A DNA stretch of 63,515 nt, counting the filler, from Choristocarpus tenellus KU-1152 (lineage: Eukaryota > Protista > Phaeophyceae), in the NCBI GenBank assembly GCA_964200185.2. It is 13 parts of 13 records of this genome, joined end to end, with 100 filler letters (N's around TTAATTAATTAA, not from the genome) between each part and the next. Parts side by side here need not be neighbours in the genome. Positions count along the whole stretch, not along the records: positions 10,044 to 17,696 come from CAXNAD020005809.1; positions 17,797 to 20,493 come from CAXNAD020025563.1; positions 20,594 to 26,078 come from CAXNAD020010639.1; positions 26,179 to 29,803 come from CAXNAD020018885.1; 9 more parts are not named here. The stretch is one strand, 5' to 3'. The notes under the pieces were generated by a model, which had not been told where the DNA came from, made no database searches, and saw only the letters and a program-made list of their open reading frames with translations. Below are positions 14,201 through 27,006 of this stretch, piece after piece. The position numbers were made by a program, and so were the translations under genes. The first letter of the stretch is position 1. Each line of letters opens with the position of its first letter.

Positions 14201-15269
14201 ATAAGTGTAACGCTTGCATAACAAAACTCGACTTTTTAGTGTTAAGGGTATGCATTAAGGCATTTTCTGGACTTGGATGAGTTTTATAGAGCCATAATGC
14301 CCCCTAGCCCCAAAGGTTTGCTGAAGTGTAGGTGTCACAGAGCAATTGACGCTGAGCATTTGCTGGACAACAGACTTGATGACCGAGAGTTGAGAATATA
14401 TATATGTACGTATTATGTACGTGATTTCCTGTTTGCAATTTCTTTGTTTCTTCTGTGACGTCCCTTCCATGGTCGCCCTCTCTTGTTCTCTGCTTTACAG
14501 TATCTAACCACTGACCACGGGTTTTCACAAAATCAAACCATTGATGTGTGAAAATATACTAATTGGTTTGAGCAAATGATTGTGAACATTGTTTTGGGCG
14601 AAGGAAATTATACAGCAAAAAAGTGTGCTAGAGTGTTTCCTAGACAAAGGATGCTTCAGAGGAAATAGTGATGAGCACTACCCTGACAATGGACACTAGG
14701 CGCAAGGCTGGTGCTAGACTACAGACATTATAGACCAACTGTCCCCAAACGCTGCCCTGGTAATGAACTTTTTACAAACCAATTGGCCAGGAAAAGAGAT
14801 GTTACAGGTTAAAGAGGATCGAATATTCTAGGGTTACACTACCAGAATATCAGGTATTATTACAATGAAGATCATCTCCTGCGCTCAGCCCTTAAAGTTA
14901 ATGGGCAGTGTTCCCTCCTGGATTCATTACGCGGTTTCGATATCTGGCGATCCAAAATTTCTTTTCAGGGAGACCTGGTTTCGATTATCCAAGTCTGTTA
15001 TTCATGGCGATCGATCACTACAGGACGTAAGCCCTCCTATATCTAAGCAAATGGATATTTTGAAGATCTTGTCATGGTGGACAAGAACCAAGATCCAAGA
15101 TAGAAATATATCGAACACACCAACAGATTATTATTGATTACAATGGTCTTTCAATACATCAAGAGTAGTGGTATATTTGTAAACTACCTATCAATCCATC
15201 TCGGTACATTTTACAAAAAACCCGTGAGAAACACACACACAAAAAAAGGTGTGACAATATGCATGACAA

Positions 15270-17350
15270 CACACAAGGCCTTGCAACAGGTCCAATCAGT
15301 CTTTGGACCCCAAGGGACATCCTCCCGAAGCTACCTGGATGACACATCCATTTCAGCTAGAGAGGTAGGCCTTAACACCGTAGCTGCTTTCGAGCAGTCA
15401 AAAACTAACCTCCATGAGGTAGGTATTGACCTAAAAATGGAGAGGACCTTTGCCGCACCTCCCTAGGGCCACCAACCCATGCCCTCGGAACTGGAGCTTC
15501 TCTCTACAGCGGGAATCAACCTAGCCCCGAACCCCAATGATTTTGTCACTTTAGGGGCTCCGGTGGGAACAGATGGTCTCATTTGAGCTCACATGGCTGA
15601 GGTGATCCAGAGCTCTGGGGCACGAGCTTTGGCCACACACCTCAGCGAGATGGAGGACTAGCAGGTGGCCTGGCTCCTCAACTCCTGGTCCCTCTCCTCC
15701 CGTCTAGGCTATGTAGTGAGGGTCACTCCCCCTCTCCTGGCACGCTTCACCATGGAGCAAGCAGATAACACCTCACTATGGACACTAGAGGGGATAATGG
15801 AGGTGGAAGACTCAACAGAAAACTAAGATTTTTTTGAAGGAGAGGGTGCAACAATGGATCCCTCAGCCTACTAGAGGCCCACCAACAAGTATAGACACAG
15901 ATGCCTACAAGTGCGGGGGGTCTTGGCCCATCCTCTATGAAACACCGCCAACATGCGACTTTCGCAGGATCACTGGTAGCTACTCTCCCCACCCTCTTCG
16001 CAAGGCAGTAGGGGCCTCATGGCGAGTCCTTCTCGAAAGCAATCTGCACGAGCCCCACCATTCAGGCCTTAGGAACGTCCGTTCACTCTCCCTCCTATCC
16101 ACAGGTGTCCCCCCAGAAGAACTCGTCGAAATCATTGGCCAAGACTGGGTAACCTGGGGGGGAACAACATCCCCTGCACCTGCCCCAGAGGTACATATTC
16201 TAGCTGCCCATGACGCCAGGATCACAAGGAGGGTTCAACACGAGAAAATGCGCCTCCTCAACAAGATCCGTTTCGACTCCTTCAAGACACAACTGGCCGG
16301 CCTTCCAAATGAGGCACACCAAGGGAGAGAAAGCTCCTCATTGGCCCTAGTGCGCCACCGGAGCAGGTGTGGACAAGAGGCAAACACATGGCCCGCAACT
16401 TAACCTCTGGAACCAGCATGCCAGATCCCCCCTCTGGAATTCAAACTCACAGTCAGCAGATCCCTAGGGAGGTAGGAGGCCCTATCCAACAGGTTTCCAG
16501 TGGCAGGGTGCAAGAGGCAAAATGTCGATACCAAACATGCCCGTACCTGCCCCAGGGCAGGGAGACAGGTACGACAGCACACTCTAATGATGAAACGCCT
16601 GCAACAACTATGCAAGGGGATGGGCATCCCTTGCACTATGGAGGACGGTAGCCCTTTCACAGTGGACAGGAATCTCTGCATGAATCTGGTCTTCCATTTA
16701 GGGGTACTAGCGGACGCCGGAACAGCCCCCTACTGGGACAAAGGCCTTCTGCTAGATGTCACCTTTGCAGAGGTACAGGCAACCTCCCACCTAACCCACT
16801 CATCCACCAGCAATGGTGTAGCTGCTGCTGCAGCCGAGGCGTGAAAGCATACCCACTATGAGGGCTCCTTTGATCCTCGTAGTTATAACCTCAACACCTC
16901 CACGGTGGAAAGTTTTGGGCGCGTTTGGCAAGCAAGCGGAATGCTTCCTGGATGAGCTGGCAACTCACATGATAGGGGGGAGAAGAACTGGGGGTTATAG
17001 TAGGAGAGGAGTAGTTAAATCCCGGCTACGCCAAATTGTCTCGGTATCTACGCGCATGGCACTATCTAGACGCGTCATGCGTTTTAAGCTGGAATCACCA
17101 GGGAGATAGGCACAGAGGGGTTTATTGGATTCTTGAGATACTTCCCTAGCTCCTCCCGGGGCACAGGTATAGGTAGATTGGAGACACAGGAGGCCAGTAG
17201 TACAACATAGATAGTGGTAAAGTAAGAAATGGATTAGGTTTTTCACATTTATGACATTTTATTTCTTTAGGGCTTATTATACTGACAATATGGATCATTT
17301 TCATTGATTTCCCCCCTGACACATCTGGAAAATGTCAGAGGGCATAATAT
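15270..17350 (+). mobile_element. 5'-truncated, degenerate CRE-like non-LTR retrotransposon (RT + CCHC + restriction-like endonuclease) with 3' UTR
   Basis: RT motifs YLDD and LGAPVG, then RLGYVVRVTPP. Zn knuckle CKRQNVDTKHARTC followed by RQH. RLE-like LLLDVTF...AAAAAEA*KHTHY...VESFGR...RQIVSV. The 3' UTR ends in a CTGACA..TGTCAG stem-loop and GGGCATAAT tail also seen in other copies. Confidence 0.8.
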
Positions 17351-17630
17351 TAAAATGTTTCACAGGTGTTTGTTTCTAGTCCAAAGGGTTCACAGGATGC
17401 ATAGTGACCCAGAGTAAACGAGATTTACCCAGGTTTTACCCGTTTTGCATTTTATGCCGCTAATTTAATCTTTTGCAATTCGACCTTATTCTATGCCTGA
17501 AGTGCTAAGGTTGATTTGAGAGCATTCATTCTCTATTGTGTGAAAACGTTTAACAGAATTCAGAGAATTCCTTACACATATTTGTACAAAAATCCAATAT
17601 TTGCGCACATTACCTATCGCTTACTTTGAA

Positions 17631-17696
17631 CAGCAGATTTCAAAAATTGAGGATGGAGCTTTTCATTGAGGATGGGCTTGACCCAAAATTGACTGG
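17631..17696 (+). repeat. End of a dispersed repeat (CAGC...AAAATTGAGGATGGAGC...TTGACCC); other copies at ~31706-31773 (+) and ~18225-18287 (-)
   Basis: A near-identical ~65-bp segment occurs three times. The CAG start suggests a hAT-like terminus (inference). Confidence 0.55.
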
Positions 17697-17796
17697 NNNN
17701 NNNNNNNNNNNNNNNNNNNNNNNNNNNNNNNNNNNNNNNNTTAATTAATTAANNNNNNNNNNNNNNNNNNNNNNNNNNNNNNNNNNNNNNNNNNNN

Positions 17797-17878
17797 TAGC
17801 CAAAATTACATCAAAACCACAACTTAGGATTTTGACCCCCAATTGGACGTGGCTCTACCCTCTAAGATACTTTGGCTA
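17797..17878. mobile_element. MITE family A, one end only (cut by spacer)
   Basis: Ends in TACCCTCTAAGATACTTTGGCT, matching the family TIR. Confidence 0.85.
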
Positions 17879-20370
17879 TTAGTCTTTTGGTGGATGTGAC
17901 CTATCTATCCCTTTCTTGTACAAACCACATCACCCTTTCATAAATATATATAACTACTCCTAGAAGAAGACGTATATATGTATTATTGTATAATACAATA
18001 CGTAGAGTATCATACATAATATAAGCATACCAAAACCGTTACCGGCTCCCCCAGGGGGGGCCGTCTGTCCTTATACCTTTGGCTTGGTCGAGGTTGCTTC
18101 CGAATCGTAGCGGTGCCTTCCACAAGCACCGAAATATTTCTTCAACAGTAATATGTCCCATTCAAAAAGGGGCCCTTAAAAAGGGCCACAACATTTACAA
18201 AAAAAAACTTACGGGCACTTTCCGCGCCATTTTGGGTCAAACTCATTCTCCATGAAATGCTCCATCCTCAATTTTGCCGAGAGGCTGTTAGTAGTAGTGT
18301 GTGTATTTCATTTTACCTCAAGAAATGAAATGAAATTCAACCGTCACTATCGTACAGAAACACTTATCTCATGTAGAGAGACAGTAGTGGTACATTTCGA
18401 GAGGATCAATTGTATCTGTTCAAAACCAAGTACCAAGTACCAAGTGATTTCGCGTTCCCAACACTAATTATGGGGGGTTTTAGAAAGCGAATCGCTCTGT
18501 TAATGTATTGCGTTTTTGAGGCTTTACAGCGAATTATCACCAATCCAAAGGTTGCTACACAACACAAGAGACCAATCATTCCTTCTGTGTAGAACCCATA
18601 AAATACACACATACCAAAATAGAACTTCGAAACGTCGGGCGACACACACAGATCATGCAGTCACGGTCATTTTGTTGGATGTTGAAATGAAGGTGTATGA
18701 TAGCTGTACTTGGTGAGGTATGGTCATTATAAGGTAGCTCCAAATCAGCCCGTTTCTCATGAGTGGAATTTTGTACGATACCATAGCACTTCCGTACACT
18801 CACATGTTACCGTGTGTCCTCAAACTACACATACATAGTAACTAACTACAGGTATGTCACTTGATGGGTTGCTTTTGACTCACTTCTATAATCTTGCTTA
18901 TCCAATGAAGTTTGTTCAGAGTAATAAAAACACTTCAGAAAAAAAAATAGCATTATATAGGAGTGGTGGTAGTAGACAAGACAACAAACACCCTACTGCA
19001 TGTATAGTACTAACCGTAAGACTGAACTTCTAGGTAATAAACAACCACTCAACATGACGCGCAGTCTACATAGCTACGAACGTGCACTGGTTGAGGTTAG
19101 CGCAGGATGAATGGCGTAGTTGATGTCGCAAGAGATACAATTCCGTTGAGATAGTTTTTAGGTCTTTTAAAAAGAAATCAAGTTGGTAATATTAATAATA
19201 CACTCATCACGGCCAGAACACAATCGATCAGCCATGTGTTGCTTGCCCTCCAAAAGCAGGAGAAAATAAGAAAAAAAACATAAACAATAAGCAAACACAC
19301 AAAGAAGGAACCAACAAACATCCGCATGGGCACTGTAGCTTCAGTCAAGCTGACTAGAGGGGTGTTTGCCGCTCGCTATCGGCGCTTTTGGGGGCGATTG
19401 GTGCGTGCGTGCATGGCTGCGTGTGCAGTTACACACGGTTAGTTTTTTCAGACTTGAAAATATTCCCTATGAGAAGACAGAACAAAAAAGAGCCAAAAAA
19501 CCCAGTAGAAGTAGTAGTAGTAGTATCAGCCACGCTGCCAATCCGTCCCATGATTGCTGCACAGCAAGCACACACACACACACACACAAAATGCACACAC
19601 GCACACACACACACACACAAAATGCACACAATTCACACATCTCCTAATACGAACATAATGAGCTACACCAGAGGGGCAGAGGAATTAACACACACCATCT
19701 ATAACAATAGTAGGCAGTTCATGACAAACAAACAAAAAAGTGCTACGTTTTTTATTTTTTTGAATCAAACTGTCACGAGCCAGTCGAGCAGCAGGACAAG
19801 GGTGTTGACTATAGTGCATCATTCAAGGTGCATCACCAGGCCCTCTTTGAAAGGCCCTGGGAAAACCCGATGAGAGAGGGGCTTAAGACATATATAGAAG
19901 AATCATAAACGGAAGACAAGTATCAGTTCAGACACTACGATAGAGCGGAACATGGCGGAAATACATCTTTCACAAGGCAAGGAAGTGTACCCACCAACCC
20001 TCCATCACCACCCCCACCCACCTCACTTACTCTCAACTCATCTATCTGGATCATTTTTCTTTTACACATGAGCACTAACCACCTAAGAGGCCTTGCCAAT
20101 GACGTGCTATCCTCCTCATATATCTCTCCACTTCCTACTTCCATTCATCCCTATGATACCCACACAATAATCGTACCCATCACCCATCAAACTTAAAACA
20201 CACATCATTATCTTCTTTCCTCCAACTGCCCACCCGCAGCTGGCAGGCAGGCAGGCAAGAACAGTACACTCAACCTGTCCCGTAACTTCTTTCACTTACC
20301 CACTTAGTAACCCCTCCCAAGTCCTACACCGCTACTGCATGACGTACAATATATTCTGCAGTCCATAACA

Positions 20371-20418
<48 letters not shown>

Positions 20419-20593
20419 ACCCCCACCCCCACCCCCCCCCCCCCCCCTTCTGCCGCCCCCCAACCCACACCCAAAAAAAATAACAAACCTACANNNNNNN
20501 NNNNNNNNNNNNNNNNNNNNNNNNNNNNNNNNNNNNNTTAATTAATTAANNNNNNNNNNNNNNNNNNNNNNNNNNNNNNNNNNNNNNNNNNNN

Positions 20594-22850
20594 CAGCACC
20601 CACGTACGTGAGCCCCCCCCCCTCAATGGCCCCCTCCCCTGAACTGAATTGTTTACACACTTGCCCTTTTTCCTGTGACCTCTGCTGCCAAGATCAATGG
20701 CAGCACATACATCTTCCTCAGACATTGAAGGCCAGAGCAGGGCCTTTCTAGCAACCCCAAGGACACCTGACAGAGCTAGAGGGTCCTGCCTCAGCACAGC
20801 GGAACTCTCCTCGGCAATAAAGCCGTGATCAGGGAAGTAACGCTTGAGGATGGTGAGGACGATGACTTGGACACTGAAGTCCGCCACAGTCACAGGAGAT
20901 GAATCACTCTTTCTGGGGGGGGGGATTGAGGGAAGGGGAGAGGGTAGTAGACAGGGAGACAGCTAGGTGGTTGATTCGGCATGTTGGTGAATGGTCGAAT
21001 GGATAGTGGATAGATATGTTGTCAAGAGACCTTTTATCGTAAGGTGTGCTGGTAGATGCTGTTCAATCTTGATGTTCCTGTACTGACATATCAGCCAGAA
21101 CTTCTGTGTTGATGTAATTGAAGTACCAAGGTTAGGGTTCAGGGTTAAGGTACTGAAGTATTGAAGGTATTGAAGGTAAAGGGCTAGGGACGTATCTGGG
21201 GGGCAAGAGCATTGGAGGCATTGCTTTCAATTGTTTCTTGACAGCTGCATTCATGTCAAATACGCCAAGGTGTTCACAGCCACGCAATGGAAAAAAGCAC
21301 ACAACAATTGTGTTTACAATACGCCTTATCAGGGTGACCCTGTGCACCTCTCAGGCCTCATAACACTTGGACCACACTTTACCGACGAGTTCTTTCCTGA
21401 CCTAGGTACCCCAGGGTTCAGCACAGTAAAGAGTGGCCCGTGCAGTTGCTAAAAGGCACAGAAAGCATCAATTTGTTGTTAAGGCTGGGTTCAAGCGTTG
21501 ATCGTATACCCATGAGAATAATCCACTTGATCTCTGTTCTTTGTCCACTCAAGTGCCAAGAATCCTATCGAACAAAATGCCCTAAGGTGACTAGTACACC
21601 CATACACTACAGTAAGCGATCTACACCACCTCGTATGGGTAAAACACAGTTCCCGCAACGTTGCTCAGAGTAAGATGTGGTCATAGATCTGCCACCATAA
21701 CACGGGAAATAAAGGGAAGAACTTGACTTTAGATCGATGAAGAATTGGTCAATCACCTGATTGCACCACCCTTCACTAATGACTGCTGAAGCTCCCTGGC
21801 GACGGTGCTGGCCAGCTGAACTGCATATGCTGCAACGGCTATCTCGTCCTTAAATTGCCCATTAACCGGGGGGGTCCACAAGTGTTTCAGAGTGGCTTTT
21901 TCCCCCATCAGCAGTGTAAGATACCCATAAGAACAGGAACACGACAGCAATGATGAGAATGGTCAAATGGAAGCTTGGAAACAGTGCATGTGGATAGTTC
22001 GTCGGGAATCGAAAGTACGGCTATTGCGATGAACAGCGGGAAGGCATGAATGTCATTTTCTCGTATGCTTTCAGGAAAGTATGAAAAAATCTTCCACGCT
22101 ATTAAATCATTGCAATGCATTCGGGTCATCACACTTCTCTGTTGAGGTGTCCGCATAGTTATGACTGGGAAATAAGGCCACACACTGAATACCAAGATCA
22201 GGGGTCTCACTTTTGTCAGTGGGGTGCAGCAGTGACAAGGCTGCGTCCACCCTCTTGCACAGCTCTTCCTCGAAGAGCGTCCCACCTTGAGGGCAGTACT
22301 CGTCGATTATGAATCCTTCCCTCACCAAACGGAAGCATAACAATCCAGACGCTGAAGGTGTTACTTGACTAGATGCTGCCACCCTCCCACCATGCTTTGA
22401 CATGATCACCCCAGTTAGATCACCGAACCTGACATGTACGAGTGAAAGCGACAAAAAATTCCCCATCTTAGCATGAGGAGAAATGAGGGTCGAGATGGAA
22501 TGGCAAAGCAAAGTATTCCAGATAGCTTGAACTTGTCCTCCAACTACAAACTCTTTTTCACACCTATCAGCATCCTCTCCAGGGCAGACGCGACCTACAA
22601 GCTGAATCTCAGATCCCTCTTCTCGTTCGTCCTCCGTCCGCACCATGCCAATCCCTCGACGTCCACCTAAGGCTACAGATCGTTCCCTGTTGTAGAACTC
22701 TATCAATACCGAGGTCGAAGTTGGACTTGCCCTTGAAATTTGTCGTCCTCCTCCCACGAAGCCCAACACCTGAGGTAGTCCTAGACCCCCACCCCCCACT
22801 CCTAACGCGGAAAGCACACTTGCAACCCCCCACCACCCCATGTTCATCAT
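20594..22850 (-). CDS. 3'(2'),5'-bisphosphate nucleotidase / inositol monophosphatase family (SAL1/HAL2-like), probably plastid-targeted; 5' part only
   Basis: Approximate exons are 22850-22193 (may contain one more intron), 21895-21757 and 20912-20594. Motifs: EIAVAAYAVQLAS, KSDSSPVTVADFSVQ, FIAEES, AIDLG, and RTWVL (DPIDGT expected next, cut by spacer). The N-terminus is hydrophobic and ends VLG-FV, like a stramenopile bipartite presequence. Confidence 0.85.
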
Positions 22851-23056
22851 GCACCTGATGATGGGATCCTGTAGACATGCAAACTGCAACAAGTTTAGTA
22901 TTTTCTAGTGTTTTGTGGAGAGGTATTTCTACGTGTTTGAAACTCAATGGTTCTCGGAGGCGTTTCGATTGTAAAGTGAAGTCGAACAAACCTGAACGCA
23001 CTCCTGAAATCAAGGGAAGCTGTCTGTCACGTCCGTTACACCCCTTGCTTGGTGCA

Positions 23057-24064
23057 ATGGGTGTGCGTGTCCCACTGCTTATTACCTCAGTGGTGGAGGT
23101 TACTCCAGCCCAGCCTTCGCGATTTCGCCCCTGGATAGTCAGAGCTGCCATCGCCTTGTCCTTGGTAGCCTTGTCCAACTCAGAAGAAGTCGATGTGGCC
23201 CTTGGTGAAAACGACAACAGTGTCCTGGAAGTCGATGCGGGAGCTGTGTCGGGGGTAGTATCTTCCGGAGATCATGATGGCGAGTCTTTCCTAGAATCCC
23301 TGTTGGCCTCGCTCGATTCCTTCCCAGCCCTAGTGCTTGTCCAGGAGACCTTACCTTCCTCAACTTCTAGGGGACTATTCCTTGGGATGGTCCTACTGTT
23401 GCTGATATACAGTATTTCAAGGAGATGCGGGAAGGGAATGGCTAGGGGTTCGCGAAGTGGTGTCCTTCTCTTGGGGCCCTGTGGTTCAGGAAAGACAGCC
23501 ATGGTACACAGGCTGTGTCACAACCGTCTTGTCTCCACTGTGACCTCCATGCAGGCGGGAAGGTTCGAGTACCGGGCTGACCCAAGCACAGGGGCTAGTC
23601 CCTTTTCCCCTTTGGTGGATTATCCAGGCCATGAGAGACTTAGGGGCGGAGTCGCTGAAGAACTGACCAGGGTGGAGCGTGTAGTCTTTGTACTGGACTG
23701 CTCTAACCTCACCGCACAGGTGGCTGCGGCAGCGGAGCTGCTCTACGATGTCCTCACAGATTCGACCATCGAGAGCTGTGAAGGTATCCTATTGGCGTGC
23801 AACAAGAATGATCTCCGTACTGTGAAATTATCCCGGGTGAAAACCCTTCTGGAGAGGGAGTTGGACAACCTTCGCGGCACCAGCGGCACCCTAGAGACGC
23901 AAGGGGGTGAGGAGCAACACTTGGGTGCCATGTCCCTCGGACGTCCAGGGCAGCCTTTTAGCCTGGATATTGACTCTCCTTGCGAGGTTAGCATGATCGC
24001 ATGCTCCGTAAAAGACGACAACCTGGGGGCGGTAAGGGACTTTATTGCTGCAACCATGCGTTAG
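23057..24064 (+). CDS. SRPRB: Signal recognition particle receptor subunit beta (Arf-like GTPase), intronless
   Basis: TM helix GLFLGMVLLLLIYSI, G1 GPCGSGKT, TVTSM, G3 DYPGHERLR, VVFVLD, AELLYDVL, G4 LACNKND, and LERELDNLR. The ATG at 23057 is preferred because the ATG at 22877 lies only ~27 bp from the opposite gene's start. Confidence 0.92.
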   Translation: MGVRVPLLITSVVEVTPAQPSRFRPWIVRAAIALSLVALSNSEEVDVALGENDNSVLEVDAGAVSGVVSSGDHDGESFLESLLASLDSFPALVLVQETLPSSTSRGLFLGMVLLLLIYSISRRCGKGMARGSRSGVLLLGPCGSGKTAMVHRLCHNRLVSTVTSMQAGRFEYRADPSTGASPFSPLVDYPGHERLRGGVAEELTRVERVVFVLDCSNLTAQVAAAAELLYDVLTDSTIESCEGILLACNKNDLRTVKLSRVKTLLERELDNLRGTSGTLETQGGEEQHLGAMSLGRPGQPFSLDIDSPCEVSMIACSVKDDNLGAVRDFIAATMR

Positions 24065-25344
24065 GGGCAAATGTTATCATCACACCTTCTGTAGTTTACT
24101 AGCTTTTCTTTCCCAACAGTTCTCATGCCTTTACACAAAGCAGAAAAATTAAAAATAGGCTCTGTCACAGGGGGCACAAGCCAGAACTGGTAATGCAGGA
24201 GCTACAGGAGTGGAGACGAATGAAACTGAGTGATAGGTTCCATGTCTCCTGAAAGGAACTAAAGGAAGAATGGCCCCTCTGAGGAATACCAAGGATAGCA
24301 CTAGATAGCACTAGCTAGCACCATGCAGGACTGTTTTTTTATCTGTGCAGTATATCACTGCCTCATTTTTAGCGCCCAATCACTGATATTCCATTCCAAG
24401 TTATCCCATTCATTTCAATAGACAGAAAAAATCCCGCAATAATTTCACCCTTGATTGTCTTAGTAAACAAATTGATTGCTGACAGAACCCTCCTTTCCAA
24501 GCCACCTTGACGGAGGCCTTGATGTGCAATTTTTCAGCCAGAAGTCATTGTCCTGGTCTTTCTCATGGAATGCTGCTGTTCGTTTTGAATCATTCAACTG
24601 CTCGTTGAAGTTGTGTAATATTGAACTCATCTTTTCAACATCCCTCCTTCCTGCTGTTGGTAGGCCCAACTCATACATACACAATGAAATAGAACACTTT
24701 GGCATATCCTCTTTAAAATTTGCACAATTTTTATTCAACTTGCATGAACAAACCTGGAGGAAATCGGTCATTCTAGCATACAATATGAAGTGAAAGATTT
24801 TTAGTCCACAGCTCTTGCTCGTTTTGCTCTACATACTTGATCTTGAAATTTTCTTCTTATTTATTTACATGTAACATGTCAACCCATGTTAATCACACTT
24901 TAATGTAACAAATCCACAGTTGTCCGGCACTGCCCGCCCATCAATTCATCACAGTCTTGGAAAGTAACTAACACCTGTCCATCCATCAATTCATCTATCC
25001 ATGCTTATCTTCTGTACTTCAGAGATACTTCGAGAGTACTAAAATCTGCAACCATTCTTTTTCCAGGCACATTCTCACCCATCTATGCGCCAAATTCCAG
25101 AGTCCTTCCAGCAACAACAATGACAACCACCAGCAAGGAGCTCTCACTGCCAAACAGTTCCTGATACAACTTCCAGCACAGTTTTTGACTTCATTCCCAT
25201 CAACTCAGGACATGATGCCTACTAGTGGAGCAAGCACAGCTTGCCAATAATTATAATTCTTAACGAGTTCTATTTTTAAAACACACAAGTCAGGTTTGTT
25301 ACACTGGTACAGGCGTTATCTATCTACCACAGTGGACCAAGGCA

Positions 25345-25483
25345 CTATTGTGTCACTCGACGATTTCTTGCGGAGGAATCTGTCCTGGCTATGCTCAATT
25401 TGATGTTGCGTCCATGCACCTGGGTTCGGCCCATCTCCGTCAAAGCCCTGACTGCACCAGCATGTTCTTCAAAGTTCATAAAC
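25345..25483 (-). CDS. Last exon of an RRM RNA-binding protein
   Basis: Pyrimidine tract and CAG acceptor, then FMNFEEHAGAVRALTEMGRTQVHGRNIKLSIAR, which is the RNP1 end, helix 2 and beta 4 of an RRM. Ends in TAG. Confidence 0.75.
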
Positions 25484-26178
25484 CTGCAAGAGGGAGAAGA
25501 GAGATGGGGGGGGGCTTGAGTGTACACGCAGATTACACGATTGTATGAAATGAAATACAACTTGGTTACAGTTTCGACATAAAATCTTGCTCAAGTAATA
25601 GGACAAGGTGAGGTATGATATTCAATGAAATTACCCATCCACAAAGAGCAAAATACAAACACAGATATTGTTTCAACCGAGCCAACATGCCTCCCTCACA
25701 ACATACAAAACCCACTCCACCTGTACTCATTGAATCAATACTTACTGATCTAGGCGAGTGCTTGGGAAGGGAGGGGGGGATCTGGGCAGCTTGTATCCTT
25801 CCTTGCATAACACCATCACAGCCCACCAGAATATACTACTTAGATCTATTGAACCATCTGCCTGGCACTGACAACTCTGTGTGTACCTCAGTCCAACAAT
25901 ACGCAACAACAAAAGCTACGTGAATACACATGAAGCATGCTATACAGCGCCACCATCCCCCCCATCCAGATGCATCTCCTCAGTCCATCGCATCCGATAC
26001 TATTTCCACTACACAGTGTGGATAGGAGGCATGCACCCAACACCACAACAAAGAAGTAATGTACGTGCCCCCCCCTCCNNNNNNNNNNNNNNNNNNNNNN
26101 NNNNNNNNNNNNNNNNNNNNNNTTAATTAATTAANNNNNNNNNNNNNNNNNNNNNNNNNNNNNNNNNNNNNNNNNNNN

Positions 26179-26241
26179 ATCGCAACATTGGATTTTGACC
26201 CACAAATGGACGCGGCTCTACCCTCTAAGATAATTTGGCTC
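26179..26241. mobile_element. MITE family A, one end only (cut by spacer)
   Basis: CAAATGGACGCGGCTCTACCCTCTAAGATAATTTGGCTC matches the family end. Confidence 0.85.
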
Positions 26242-26726
26242 TCTGCTGCAAATACTTTCGGCATCAGCACGAGTTGTCAAGTCGAGATAAACTGCTCAAG
26301 TCCCCCCTTGACATTTAGCGAGTTATAACCTGGCATGAGTGCAAAAAATATGAGAAATCTCATGCATTTATGCCCGAAGTATACAACATGCTGTACATAC
26401 ATGATGCCTCCTGAAATTTTGAAATTGTTCAGGGAAGACAATGATATGACACGTACCATTATTATAAATGACATTCAAAACCAACACCAATTTTTTTAAG
26501 TGCCTGCTGTGTGGTTATTTTGCGCATACACCATAGACATCATGAATCCTGTGCATCTCAACAAAAGTGTGGTGTTGGTTTCAAATGTATTTGCAACGTT
26601 TCATTAATCCTTCAAACCTGCAATTTCTTAAAAGAGACTTCTTCTAATAGAAGGTCATAGATTCGAGATGGGATACTACTTTCACCTTCACAGTTGTTCA
26701 AAATAGTACGACTGGTGAATACCCCA

Positions 26727-26873
26727 GACCCAAAGTATATATGGGGAGGAGGGGGGGTTACACCAGGGTGTCCATTTGGCCCTTAAAAAGGAAAGGTGCA
26801 CTTACATTATCCATCCGACGTATGCAACCAAATCACCCAAAAATCCCGACTTAAAAAAATTGGCGCAGCCACC

Positions 26874-26912
<39 letters not shown>

Positions 26913-27006
26913 CCCCCCTCTTCTTTTGTTCTATTTCTACACTTAACAGAATTTATTTTATTTTTATTTANNNNNNNNNNCCCCCCCCCCCCAGATACTT
27001 TGAGCC
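26727..27006. mobile_element. MITE family B (spans a small internal gap)
   Basis: GACCCAAAGTAT...CCCAGATACTTTGAGCC termini; flanks CCCA/TCCA. Confidence 0.75.

Noticed and set aside
17797-20493. Continuation of the SAL1-like gene past the spacer
   Set aside because: No DPIDGT or WDHAAG motif was found, and this contig need not be adjacent.
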